A DNA stretch of 64,000 bases from Lama guanicoe (Eukaryota). The DNA lies in NCBI GenBank assembly GCA_013239625.1, contig MU054662.1, forward strand, positions 14,001,798-14,065,797. Direction: 5' to 3'. This document shows, piece after piece, positions 37,159 through 49,000 of the stretch. Under the pieces are notes generated by a model, which saw only the letters and a program-made list of their open reading frames with translations, made no database searches and had not been told where the DNA came from. Numbering within the stretch: position 1 is the first letter of the stretch; the number at the start of each line of letters is the position of its first letter. A program made the translations under genes and the position numbers.

Positions 37159-38733
37159 AAAAGGAGTTGCAGTCTCTGCTTCGTGAACTCTTTTTCCCCC
37201 GTAAGAATAGGCTGCTCATCTGGTTAGAGAGGTGATGAGGGTCCGCGTCCCGGTTCCTTCACTGCAGAGCTAACGTGCTGCCAGCCCAGCTGATGCGAAT
37301 TCAGTCTCCCCCCACCCCGCCCGCACCCCTCCCCCGGACTGCCTGCAGCACCTGTGTGTTTTCCTTCCTGCTCCTTCCCCTCTCGATGCCAGGCTCCAGG
37401 CAGGTCCTGTCTCCGCAGGGGGAGGCCTACAGCTACGGCTGACAGATTAGTCTGCCCGCAGCTGAGTGAATAAAACCAATTGGGAGAAAGAAGGGTATTA
37501 AGTGGAGGCGCTCATTCTGGACCTGAGTCAAGGCTGCGCCCTGCGATTCCGCTTCACCCGTAATAAAATGGAGAGTTTGACACCTGCTTGACTTTGGCTT
37601 TCTCAGTTGGTTTAGACCTTAGTGGAGGAGAGAAATGATCAATTGTGCCTTTTAATCCCAACAGTAATTGAAGCAATCACTGACGTCTAGGAGATAATCG
37701 CAGGAAAATAACAGTCAGAGGTAAGAGGACCTAGAACTGAGTCTTAAAAACCCTGTTAATGTCCTGGCTGAAGAAGGACTAGCCGAGGGCGAGGGTGGGG
37801 GGGATTAAGACAAAAGGGGGCCACACGAGCCAAAAGGAGAAAGAATCTGGAGGAGGAGGCAGTGACCAGCAAGGCAGAAGGTTGCCGGGAAATCTGAGCT
37901 ACGAGTATTAACATATTTCCATCACACTGTTTTCAGGGAGGCCAGTAATTGCCTTGGTGAAAATTCTTCTGTAGAAAAAAAGGGACAGAAGCCAAACCAC
38001 CGTGGGAAAAAGAGCAAACCCAGGAAGGCGGCTCCACCAGAAGCGCAGCTCTGGGCAGGCGGCCGACCTCCAGACCCCACCGAGGCGTCTATCCCATGGA
38101 AGCCCCCGCCCACACCTCACAGCTGGCCTGGGAGAGCTCGACTCTGCGTGTAACTCCCCCACCCCACCCCGTTTCATCAACGACTCACAGGAACAATGCT
38201 CACAAGAATTTTTTTTTCTTTCAAGACTGGGTTGAAACGCACCCAAAGTAACACCTGTGAGCGTGACCACAGCAGGTTAGAGGTCAACTTCCCGACGCCC
38301 TGACTCTCACGTACCTGAGATGGGGCGGAACCAGGGAGAACGGTTCCCTTCAGAGGTGCGCGTAGAATTCAGAAGCGCACCCTCTGTTGACGTACTTCCA
38401 TGGGGTTCCCCAGATAAACGCAGACAACTCATAGCCCGCCTCCCGGCCCCAGTCAGCCCACCCCTCCCCTGGAGCCGCACCGGCCCTGCTCCGTCATGGG
38501 GGACACCCCGGGACGCACACCGAAGGGGTCTGTTGTCTTCACTGCACTTTATCGCAGCTCAACAGAACAGCCACACTGCCTAGCTTCGGTCAGAGGGCCT
38601 GTTAGGGTGGGAAGCTCTGGAAGAGAACGGCACGTGCCAGTGTGCGGAGAGAAGGCCGATCACGGCCGCCCCGGACCTCGCTGGGGAGTTTGTTCTCTGC
38701 AGACAGAGGGACAGAATTAGCGCCTTCACCTCC

Positions 38734-39092
38734 CCATCTCCTTGTGCTACTTTTTTCTTTTCTTTTCTTTTCTTTTAATTGCAGTTCAGTTGATTTACAA
38801 CGTTCTGCTAGTTTTTGGTGTGTGGCAGAGTGATTCAGTATTATATGCATATATATTTCTATACACTTCAACTGACAGGAGCTAAATTTCCAGAATATAC
38901 AAACAGCTCACACAACTCAATAACAAAAACACCAACAACCCAATCCAAAAACGGGCAGGAGACCTGAACAGACATTTGTCCAACGAAGACACACAGCGGC
39001 CAAGAGGCACGTGAAAAGATGCTCAGTATCGCTAATTATCAGAGATGCAAACTGACACCCACAGTGAGGTGCCCCCTCCACCTCCCTGAGCT
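38734..39092 (-). mobile_element. 5'-inverted (twin-primed) truncated L1
   Basis: A poly(T) tail and antisense 3' end (38751-~38866) are fused to sense-orientation ORF2 sequence (ccagaatatacaaacagctc...gacctgaacagacattt...gaaaagatgctca, ~38868-39075). Degenerate TSDs are ccatctccttgtgct and ccacctccctgagct. Confidence 0.85.
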
Positions 39093-40076
39093 GTTACCTG
39101 GAAAGCACTGTAAGTTCGTCTAACTTCTGAGGAAGGCTCTTGGTAGCTCGCTCTAAGGAGGGACTGAGACAAAGTGCTCAGAGCCCAGAGGAAAGGCCCG
39201 GGCCCTGGGGAAGCCCAGGCGGGCTAATTCTGCTGCCCTTTGAGTGAAGAAAGGCTCAGCGTGAGAAGTCTCGGCTGGCGAGGAGGGCGGCGGCGGGGAT
39301 CGTGAGCAGCTCAGGAGGCTGAAGCCTCAGGGCTGAGCCGTAGGACGTCCTCACCGAGACGGGGTTGCAAAGCGCGACGGAAAGGAAGGGGGACCAGTGC
39401 TAGCAGCTGGAGAATCTGGACTGTTCACAGCGCCCCTGGGAGCCCTGGTCTGAGTCCCAAGGGGACGTGAGTGAGGCCATCCTTCCGGACAAGCCCGCTC
39501 CCCTGACGGTGCGCTCACTCCGCCTCACAGCCCCGCACCCCGCAGGCCGGGGGAGACTCAGGGGGTCTCGGGTTGTGTCGCGTTGCGGGAGGGCAGGGGT
39601 GAGCCATGCAGTCCATCAGAGCGGTGCCACCTGCTCACCCTCGGGGCTGCCCAGCCCAGCCCGAGAACGCCGGGTGTGGCCGCAGCCGAGGACGGAAAAT
39701 ACAGATCTGAGGGTTTTAAACGTTAGTAACAGCGTCTGGGTGGGTAAATAAGAGACTGTGAGGCGCCAGCACCAGCCACGATGCGCGGGCCCCGCTGTCC
39801 GGCGGGCTGCCTGTGTCCGAGCTGCAGCTCGAGTTTGGACGTCACGGTTTCTATTCTGCAGCAAAAGGAAACCCAAAGCTGGTAGACCGACAAGACCCAG
39901 CTTGAGGTTCCTGGGAACGCGCCTCCTTGTAACTCCGCTTTTCCCGAAGAGGGAAGCTTGGGAGGACAAAGAAGGGGGACATGCCACCCTGCCTCCCTCC
40001 CGGCACCCTCGTCCCCACCCGCACCAACTGGAACGTTTTCAGGCCCGAGTTATGATTTAAATGAAGCTCACCGCAC

Positions 40077-40240
40077 NNNNNNNNNNNNNNNNNNNNNNNN
40101 NNNNNNNNNNNNNNNNNNNNNNNNNNNNNNNNNNNNNNNNNNNNNNNNNNNNNNNNNNNNNNNNNNNNNNNNNNNNNNNNNNNNNNNNNNNNNNNNNNNN
40201 NNNNNNNNNNNNNNNNNNNNNNNNNNNNNNNNNNNNNNNN
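40077..40240. other. Assembly gap (164 N)
   Basis: N run. Confidence 0.99.
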
Positions 40241-41509
40241 AAAGCAAAAGGTCAGCTGGCCCCCGCTGTCAGTCGGGGGAACACAGCCCGGCCGGGGTCT
40301 CCTCCCCACTGCACCCCATGCCCGAGGAGGTGCCCTATGCACAGTAGCTCAGACCCTCCCCGTCTTCCAAGAAAGTCACATCCGCTATGTTTCAAATAGT
40401 CCAAGATCGAGCCTGTCACCCTCCCTTGGGCTGTAGCTGCCAGACACGAACATTCAGTGATGCCCAGAGTCAGGGGATGGGCGCAGAAGGGGCACGGTTC
40501 CGGGGGCTCCCTTCCACCCCAGGTGCTCCTTCCAGCGGAGCTCCGGGGGAGAGGACGGCGTGGGAGGATGGCAGTGTCCCTGGAGTCCAAGGACCAGGAG
40601 GCGGGGTGGACCTGCCGTCAGAAGGGACCCATCCCAGGACAGCCAGAGCCACTGCCCTTCGGCTGCTGCTGCCTCTGCCGAGGAGGGCGCCGGTGTCGGG
40701 GGGGCAGGAGAACCGTCAGCCTGGGTCAGAGTCTCCAGGGGTTGGTTCCGGATTTGTTTCCCCTTCAGAGAAACATAGCACCGTTTCCTTGAGCTGTGTT
40801 CCAAAGTCCTTCGCGGTAACGAAGAGAAGAAAGCGAGTGACAAGCATTTGAGTCCCCCTTGCTGTCTCCCCAAACAAAGGGTTACTCAGTGAGGAGAGAG
40901 GCTCAGCGTTCCTGCCGCGGTCCCCGCCTCCCGGGCGCAGGGGCTGGGCTTTCTCCAGCGACGCTCAGGGCCGCCCCGGGCAGTCCCGCCCCAGGAGAGC
41001 CGCGCTGCACCGCACCAGTCCTCTTTTATCTGAGTTCATTGCTAACATCTAGAAATCAGGGATTTCACATAAAACCCAGTTTCTCTTGAGAAATTCTCAG
41101 AGCTGGCATCATCAGAAGCGTATTTCTGCCCGGCGACAATCTGCCTGCTCCGAGGAGCAGCTGCCCGCGTTGGAAGAGAAGCGGTCCCCCGCGCACCCCG
41201 CCCCTCCCCCGAGGCCCAGCACTGAGTCACGCCACCCGCCTGGCCCTTGAAGGCACGTGCGTCTCGGGCTCCTGAGCGAGGCGGCTGACTCTGAGGGAGA
41301 AATAGAGGCGCAGAGATTGGGGCAACATCTTTTCTCTTGACGTGGGGTTGGCGCAGCATTAAAATATATCTGTAAACCCTCTAGCAGGAAATTAAAGTGA
41401 AATTAATAAGCCTCTCTGATTTTTTTCTTAAAAAACTTTCCAAAAATGAAAAGATAAATCTCTACCATGGCTCTGAGTTTCCTACATTTTAGTCATCTGT
41501 TTATTTATC

Positions 41510-41640
41510 ATTCTTTACCGACAACAGACTGTGAGCAATTTCAGGGCAGGAGCCGAGTTCACTTTCCTTTGCATGCTGGTGTCTATTGCCACGTTGGTGC
41601 ATCGTGGACCACGATCCATGGAGGCAAGGAAAGAAGAGAG
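41510..41640 (+). mobile_element. L2 3' fragment
   Basis: agactgtgagcaatttcagggcagg motif. Confidence 0.45.
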
Positions 41641-42769
41641 CAGTTACCACAGCCGGAAGCTTGGCGTTGGAGCCTGCAAGGGTTTCCCGCTCAGGGGAAG
41701 ACCCCAGTCTAGGGTTCTCCTTAGTCTGTCAGGTCCCAAACGAACAGGGCAGACCGTCCCCGGCCAGCCCAGAAAGGAGGCAGGGCTCGCCCGCCCGCAG
41801 TGTGCTTGGGCGACCCCTGACGGTAACAGGGACAGGGGGTGCCGCCCACGAGACAGCCCAGGCCGTGGGTGATGGCAGCGGGGGCTGCTTTTCCAGCAGA
41901 ACTGAACCAGGGAGCCCCTGCAAACCGCTGCCCTCCTGCTCCGACGGTGGCTTTGTGAGCGGAACTGTTTCGAATGAAACAGCTCTGATCCAGGAGGACA
42001 GAACACCGTCGGGCGATTCGGTGGGACGCTGGGTTCCACCACCCGAGGGGTGAAGGTGCTGTGAGAGGTAATAACGAAAAGGAAGGTGCTCGTGAAGGCT
42101 GTCCTCACCCGGACTCCCGCTAGGGCCCAACAAGCCACCAGACAGCAGAGTGAGAGGCAAAGATCCCCTCTTTAGTCTGAGAGAGAGTCCACCTCAGACA
42201 GCGTTTCGGGGCAAGGCTTGCAAAAATAAGAAATCTATTGAAAAAACCATCACTGAGTGCACTGAAATATTTTAGGGTTTCTGTGGGTCTCCACAAGAGA
42301 AAAGCAGGCTGTCTTTTCCTGTAGTTTCAATAAATGCTATGGACGGGGGTCCTGTCGCCTCTCTCTCTGCCCACGGGCACACCCGACGGAGCAGCCGGGC
42401 CAGAACAGCGCCCCCCACCCCGCCTGGACGCCCACGCCCCGTCCTCACCATCCTTCGTCCCCCGTCCGGGCCCTGCAGCAGCCTGCCAGCCAGCGTTCCT
42501 GACTCCGATCCTGCCCCCGCTTCAAACAGCGTCTCCGTCCGGCCAATAAATGAAATCTTCTCAGGACACAAATCTGGCCCCACCTTCATCCTCCACTCAC
42601 ACCCACCTGGTATTTCCCAGGGCCCGATGTGGGCGTGAGTCCCACAGACCTGTGTGCCCAGCATCGCCAGGGTCACAGGCGAGCCCGGGCCACCACTGTC
42701 TGGCCCTGGTCTCCCTCGCTCCCCACACCCTGGACCACGTGGGCATTTGCGGAGTAGCCAACGCGTCAG

Positions 42770-43145
42770 TGACCAGATGTCATTTGTAAAGAACATCCAA
42801 CCTGACCCAGTCCGAGGAGTGTCGCTCCCACCACAGCCCTAAACGCTGGTCTCCCTCCTCCAGTGAGATGCCAGAAACATTTCCTGGTCTCGCCTCAAGG
42901 ACACTGACCACTTGTCCGTGACCCTCCACCTAAAGCAGCCGGCACTCCGCCACGGTCATCCCTGGTCTGTCCCTGCTTCAGTTCTCATCGCAGCACTCAG
43001 TGCCTGACACAGGTTGCACATCTGTCCGTCTGTCTGCGCCTTCCCCGCCAGGACACAGCGACACTTTGTCTCGTTTACTGTGCATCCTCAGTGCCTAGAC
43101 CTGGGCTTGCAATATCTGCTGAACACAGGCATGGATGGCTGAGCG
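42770..43145 (+). mobile_element. L2 3' portion
   Basis: ctttgtctcgtttactgtgcatcctcagtgcctaga...caatatctgctgaa...ggatggctga resembles the L2 3' terminus. Confidence 0.6.
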
Positions 43146-43467
43146 CAGCCGCCCGAAGAAGCCTGTGTGAACAGGAGCCCGTCCCGGCCGCCACGCGCCG
43201 TGTTCTTGCTCTAAGAAGGCTCCTTTTCATCAAGAGTAACAAATATCCTGAGACGGGCAACTATCCACCAGGAAAGATGAGACCATGTGATCACCAGGAG
43301 AGGGAGTTTGTCAGACACTAAGATTTGGGCCCAAGCAAATCCACAGACTGGTCCATACCTCCCCGACTCCCTGGGGTCTGGGACGGGACCCCTCCCCAGC
43401 GCTCCTGTCGGTCCCTGGAGGTACCTGCACACGACATGTTACGGACTCATGTGCCTTCCCTCCACCG

Positions 43468-43584
43468 TCCCTTTCACTGGCCCTGCAGACACACACTGGG
43501 TCCCTTCCACTGGCCCCGCAGACACACACTCGGTCCCTTCCACTGGCCCTGCAGACACACACTGGGTCCCTTCCACTGGCCCTG
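43468..43584. repeat. 33-bp minisatellite, about 3.5 copies
   Basis: Unit tcccttccactggccctgcagacacacactggg at 43468, 43501 and 43534, with a partial copy at 43567. Confidence 0.95.
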
Positions 43585-44614
43585 ACCCTGATGGGGCTGA
43601 GAGCGGGGCTTGTTCCGCAGCCACCCAGGGCCCAGAGAGAGACCAGAGGGGACGAGATGAAGTCGAGCTCGAGCAGTGACAGAAACAGCCCTGGGCTTAG
43701 AAGCAGAAGACCTGCCTTCACACAGTCTGTGCTGTTTCGTCTGCTCAGCACCTGAACTGCCCCTGGTCTGGGAAGGCCAGGCTAGGCCTCCCTCCCCAGT
43801 AAACTGGGGACACGTTCTCTCTCTCCACCCTCGGCCGTGTTGGGAAGCCGTGTGACTTAAGCTTTGCAAACCGGATGTGTGGGCTCAGAACTGCGACTCT
43901 TGGAAGGGCGTAAGGAAGCATAGAGGCGGTCAGATGGTCCTGGGGCAGTTTACTGAGGGCACCAGGGAGTCACGCCCGAGCACCAGGGCCTGCAGCACCC
44001 GCAGCGGCAGACAGGAGCACGCAGTGGGTGAGCGCACAGTGGGTGGGTGCTGGAGGTGTCGTCTCTGTGCCATCGGCGTCCTCACCCACCTTGGCCCCGG
44101 CCTTGAGCTCCAAACGTCCCAGTGGTCTGGGCGCCTTCAGGTTCTCTTGTAAAACCCCTGGCGGCTGTGGCCAGTCAGAGCTGAGCTCTCTCACTTGGAA
44201 CCCACCTGCCTGCCTGCTCCTCCATGGGACAGGAGGACAGTGGAGCCCTGAGTTGGTGGGAGAGGCGGACGGCCTGCAGGGCTTACAGGAAGTTCCTGGT
44301 GGACATTCTGGCCGTGTGACCCCTTCCTACACCCTGACAGATGTCCCAGAGGCAACGAGCAGGGTGAGCAGGCTCCGTCCGTCGCATCTCCGCAGGCGCC
44401 CCGAGTGGCTTTCCTGACTGCTTGTCTGCGAGGTGAGACAGTGTCCTCCAACCGGCAGCAGCACAGGCTTAACCCATGTCTGCAAACTGCCTGACGTCCC
44501 TGAAAGAAGTGGCCCCAAGCCTGGCCATCTTCATGGTCAGCTGATGGGACCCGTACCCAGAGTGGGGAGGTGAGCAGGACCGTCTGACGCAGCAGGAGAC
44601 CCACGTGGCACCCA

Positions 44615-45300
44615 CGTTCTTTTAAAGACATCTTCACTGGGACACAGTTCACCTACCATCCAAGGTAGGCACTCCGGGCGCACACGTCCACAGTGTCCAC
44701 CGTGCTCACTGGTCTGCACCACAAGCCCCGCTCACCCCCGTCACGACCACCTTCCTCCTCCCACCACCCCGGCCAGGCAGCCCCGAACCTGCTCCCGTCT
44801 GCAGACCCGCCAGTTCCAGCCCGTCCACAGCAGTGGGTGTGGGTGATACGGTCTTTCCTGACTTCCTTTTCTCAGCGCGATGTTTATCCATGTGAGAGTG
44901 TCGGTGCTCCACACCGGGTAATGTTCCTTTCCAAGACATCGGAGGCAAGTGTCTCGTTTGGTTTACTCATTTGCTCGTTGGTGGACGTGCAGGAGGACTC
45001 TGTCCTTCTGCGACTGTGCACAGAGCTGCTGTGAGTTCTCACGGACAAGGTGGCCTTTGAGCACCTGTCTTTTCACCCTGAGGGGCACACACCCAAGGGC
45101 AAAGCCGTGGGTCCCATGCAGTGACCGCATTATTTCACGTTCCCACTGGACTGACGTCTTTGGTTTCATAAAGGTGTAAGCACCTGTATTTACGTTCAAA
45201 TCTTCTAAGACAGTTTTTTAGTCTTTCAAGGAGATTGGATGTGTTCCTTCTTCGTCATCATGGGTGGCCTAGTGTGTCCTTGGCCACCAAAGTTTATGCA
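44615..45300 (-). mobile_element. L1MB-like 3' end, strongly GC-shifted
   Basis: Motif order matches an antisense L1MB 3' UTR (cagttcacctaccat, cttccttttctcagcgcgatgttt, tttggtttactcatttgctcgttggtggac, gctgctgtgagttctcacggacaag). Confidence 0.6.
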
Positions 45301-45994
45301 GCTTCTGCCCCATCCCTCAGGCACCCCAAGGCTGCTACCCTGTCAGCACTGAGGCCTCCCGTCGCAGCCTGGACCCCATCCGCTCTGAGCCTTGGCGCCA
45401 ACCTCATGGCGGACCAGCCGTGCCGCCTGGCGCGGGGTCTCCACATCAGCCCAACTGCACCGGATCTCAACTCGCTTTCCCAGTGTAGCTAGTTTCATGG
45501 CTGTGGACCTCAGTTTTTTAAAAGGCTTCTCGGATTTGGTCCCGACCAGTTCACACCTGCACAAAGGTATGGTCTTTTTAACGCATCTGATGGAAAGGAA
45601 TGCGTGTGATAACCCTGTGCGTTCCTCAGCTGAGAAGCCGGAGGCTGGGGCGTGAGCGGGAACCTCCTCTCTAACCACAGAGCCCGTGAAAGCCTCGGGG
45701 CCGCCGTCTCTAGCAGGTGCGCTCCCTCCGCTTCTCACGATGGCTCGCCCAGCCCAGTCCGCACACTCACGCTCCCGTCTGACACGCGGGCTTTGAAGCT
45801 CCCGTTCTCTGAATTAGGAACCGCTGGGGAAATCCTTTGCTTCCCAGGAGGGCACAGGCTATCCAGGCCTCACCAGGCTCTTCAGAAGCATTAATTAAGC
45901 ACGTCTTAGATGTTAATTGCAAATTCTTCTCTGCAGTCCTGCTCGCTGAACAGGCAGAGCCACGTGGGGCACGTCGGAGGTGCATCTGCGTCCC

Positions 45995-46075
45995 CACCCA
46001 GACCCGCCGGCTGTGCGATCTTGGACGGTTCCTTGGTGTCCTTCTGCATCAGCTCTTCCATCTGTAACACTGGGC
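45995..46075 (+). mobile_element. MIR fragment
   Basis: gctgtgcgatcttgga...catcagctcttccatctgtaa. Confidence 0.5.
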
Positions 46076-49000
46076 TCCAGTGATAATGTACTTAAATAGA
46101 GGTCATAAAAATCATGATTTTTTTACAACCTTTCTTCCCCTAAGGGTCCTTAGTAGTTGAGCCACAGCCGGATACATTTGAAAGCAATGCTCTCGAGTGT
46201 GGGGTAACCGGGAGGGACCAGGACTGGGTCCTCGCTAAGCAACAGAACTCTGCTCCTGCCCTGTCCTTCCTGGTGCTTCACCCTGTGTCTGTTCCCCTCC
46301 CATGGCCGTGTCTGACACGGTCACACTATGCAGAATGTCAGCCGCCGGGGAACCAGTTCCATCAGGCAGGTGGCTAGACATGAGTAGAGTGAGGGGGGCA
46401 TGGGCCAAACGGCAGAAAACCACACATCTTGTGAACAGCAGGGGTCCTTGGACAGACCAAGAAAGACAGGGACCTCCGGACTGATAAGAAACCAGACATT
46501 CTGGGCTGTCAAGCGTCCTGGAGGCAAGGAAAGGTGGGACAGGATGGGAATCTCCACCATCAGAATGTGACCTTTGTTCATTATGACCTCGTCTGACTTC
46601 TGACTGAGGCTGAGTAAGGACAAAAACCCCTCCTCCCCCGGGAAGGCGGGGCTGGGACGGAGACCAGGAAAGACGCCCCCACGCCCCTCCCCACCAGGGG
46701 CTCTTCTGCCCCCTCACTTTCACACCCACGACAGCCAGCCTGCCGGGGGCACTCGGGCAGCTCCCACCTGGGTCTGCCCGCTCTTCCCTTGAGAGCAAAC
46801 CGTCTGCCCCTTAACAATCCTCGCTTTGCTTTCCTGACCTCCGCGTCTCTCCGCGTTTCTGAATTCCTTCTGGGACGAGACAGGAACCTTCTTGCCAACA
46901 CCACCGGGACTGTGGCGTGGACAGCACCCCCAGGAGACCTGAGGCCCCCAGCGGTGGGGCCTCCCGCGTCAGCCGCAGCCTGCAGTGGGCCTGGCTGGTC
47001 CTGCCCGTCATGCCGGCTGAAATGGAAACCCTCACGTACTTGGGGGGCCTTGCAGCGACACTGCTCTGAACATGAGAGAGGCCGCTACTCCGCCCCAGCA
47101 GGCGGCAGCCCCCACCAGCGATGGCTAGAATTAGATTTTTCCTGTTAATGGCATTTCTTTTTTAAAAATGTGTTTTAGCATTCAGATGTTCCATTCATTC
47201 ACACTGGTGCTTACCACAACTGGTAGATGTTTAGAGAGCTCCATTATTTATTTAGAAGTACTTGGAAAATAAAAAAATATCATAGAACCGAATTGTAATT
47301 TTCTCCCGAGTAGTAACAGGAATAACATAATGATAACATGTTTCTTTTGCATAAAATCTGCAACAAGCCTGTGACGGAGAACCCACGTCGCTTCTCCTGA
47401 ACAGTCAAAGTGGGGCCCTACAGTGTCCCGCGCAGTGTCCCGCGCAGAGGAGCTTCACGGCGGGGCCCGATTCCCGGTGAGAGGCTGGACTCCCACACGG
47501 CTGGCGAGGAGAAAGGGCTCAATGGGGTGAAAGATGCAATTTCCTGCTAGAGAGGATGCCCAACTTCCATCTTGCACGCTAAATAATGTCGGTGTGAGAG
47601 GAGAAATTAGTTTTTGACAGATGGATGGTGGATCTTGAGACACACAAACTGAAGACATAGCCAATGGACTCCAGGTCGCTTCATGGAAGAGAAAGAAAGA
47701 CCCATGAGAACTTGGCTCAGAAATGGTTGTGCCTTCTCTGTGGAGCGTCCAGACTGGCGTAAAGTTCCGAGAAGGAGGGCTCTCCTGAGCTCCCTTCCCT
47801 GGTTCCTCTCTGGCAACAGCTTTCTGTGTGAGAGGCCCCCATCCGGGGTAAATTTCCTCCAAGTTTACCTTCATCGATCTGCTTCTTTGCTCAGAAAGCC
47901 TTCGGTGATGCTTCGTTAAGTCTTCAGTCTCCCTTCAGAGGCACTCGGAGTAGAGCGCCAGCCCCACCCAACCCGGAACCTTGCTCCTCCGGGAGCCCAG
48001 GCGGCCTGGCCTCCAGACTGCGTCCCCCCCGCTGCGGCGCGGGCCCAGGCTCACTCTCCTTCCACACGGAGGCCCCGCTGCTGCTGCTCCGCGCCGCCAC
48101 CCGCCTTCGGTGTCTTCCAGCTCCTCCAGAAACATGCTCTGTGCTTACCGCTTGCTCCCTCATTCGCACCGTGGTTTCTCAGTGGGACCGAAGGACTTCT
48201 AGGGCAAGGTCTACGTTTACTCCTGAAGGCTAGTGTGGTTCCTTGTCCCCGGAAAAAATGCCCCAGATGCCTGTTGGGAAGAACGCCAGCAGCACAGAAG
48301 TGTCTCCCCAAGGCTCTGCAGGCTCGTCCCTGTCGAGACCAGATAATCCCTTCCTTTTCTTATGTCTCTTCTCAGCTCCTACGGCCAAGAAGCACCTGGC
48401 CCCTCTCCCTCCCCCAGAGGGAGGACGCGGGCTGGAGATGGACTCACACAAAGGAATCCGCAGCTCCCACGCAGACGGTGTCCCCAGGAGACAGCACCGT
48501 TCCAGACCCAGTTTCCCCTTCCAAGACACTTGGCTGGAGCCACGCAGCGAGTGGTCGAGGCCCATCCGAGAAACAAGCGATTCGAGCAAAGGTCCAGCTT
48601 TCTGCGAGGAGAACTTGGCAACCCCAAGTTGCCACGGTAACCGGGCTCCCAGCTTCAACATGCACTACGTGTGTTTTTCAGTTTGGGGTTTATGTTTTAG
48701 AGGGCTTCCTTCCCCTTCCTTTTAACCTCCAAATGTATGAGACACTGCCTGCCAGGGGGATGAAAAGAACACACAGCATATAAGCAACTAGGAGGCGTGG
48801 GGACCTAAAGATCTCCGAGCCTGGAGAACGTGCGCGCGGAGCGTGGCGTCCGAGCAGCCGGTGGCAGAGCTGAGGGCTGGGGTTGCCCCAGAGGCCTCCT
48901 GTGCGGCTCCTTCTCCATCCAACCCATTTTTCACAGGTCGTAACTACCACATTCTGTGTTTTTAAAAGCACCGAGAATCCTACATTTCTTGGGTCTGGTA

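Noticed and set aside
39791-39811. RE1-like sequence on the minus strand (ggcagcccgccggacagcggg)
   Set aside because: Only about 14 of 21 positions match, with mismatches in the CAGCACC core.
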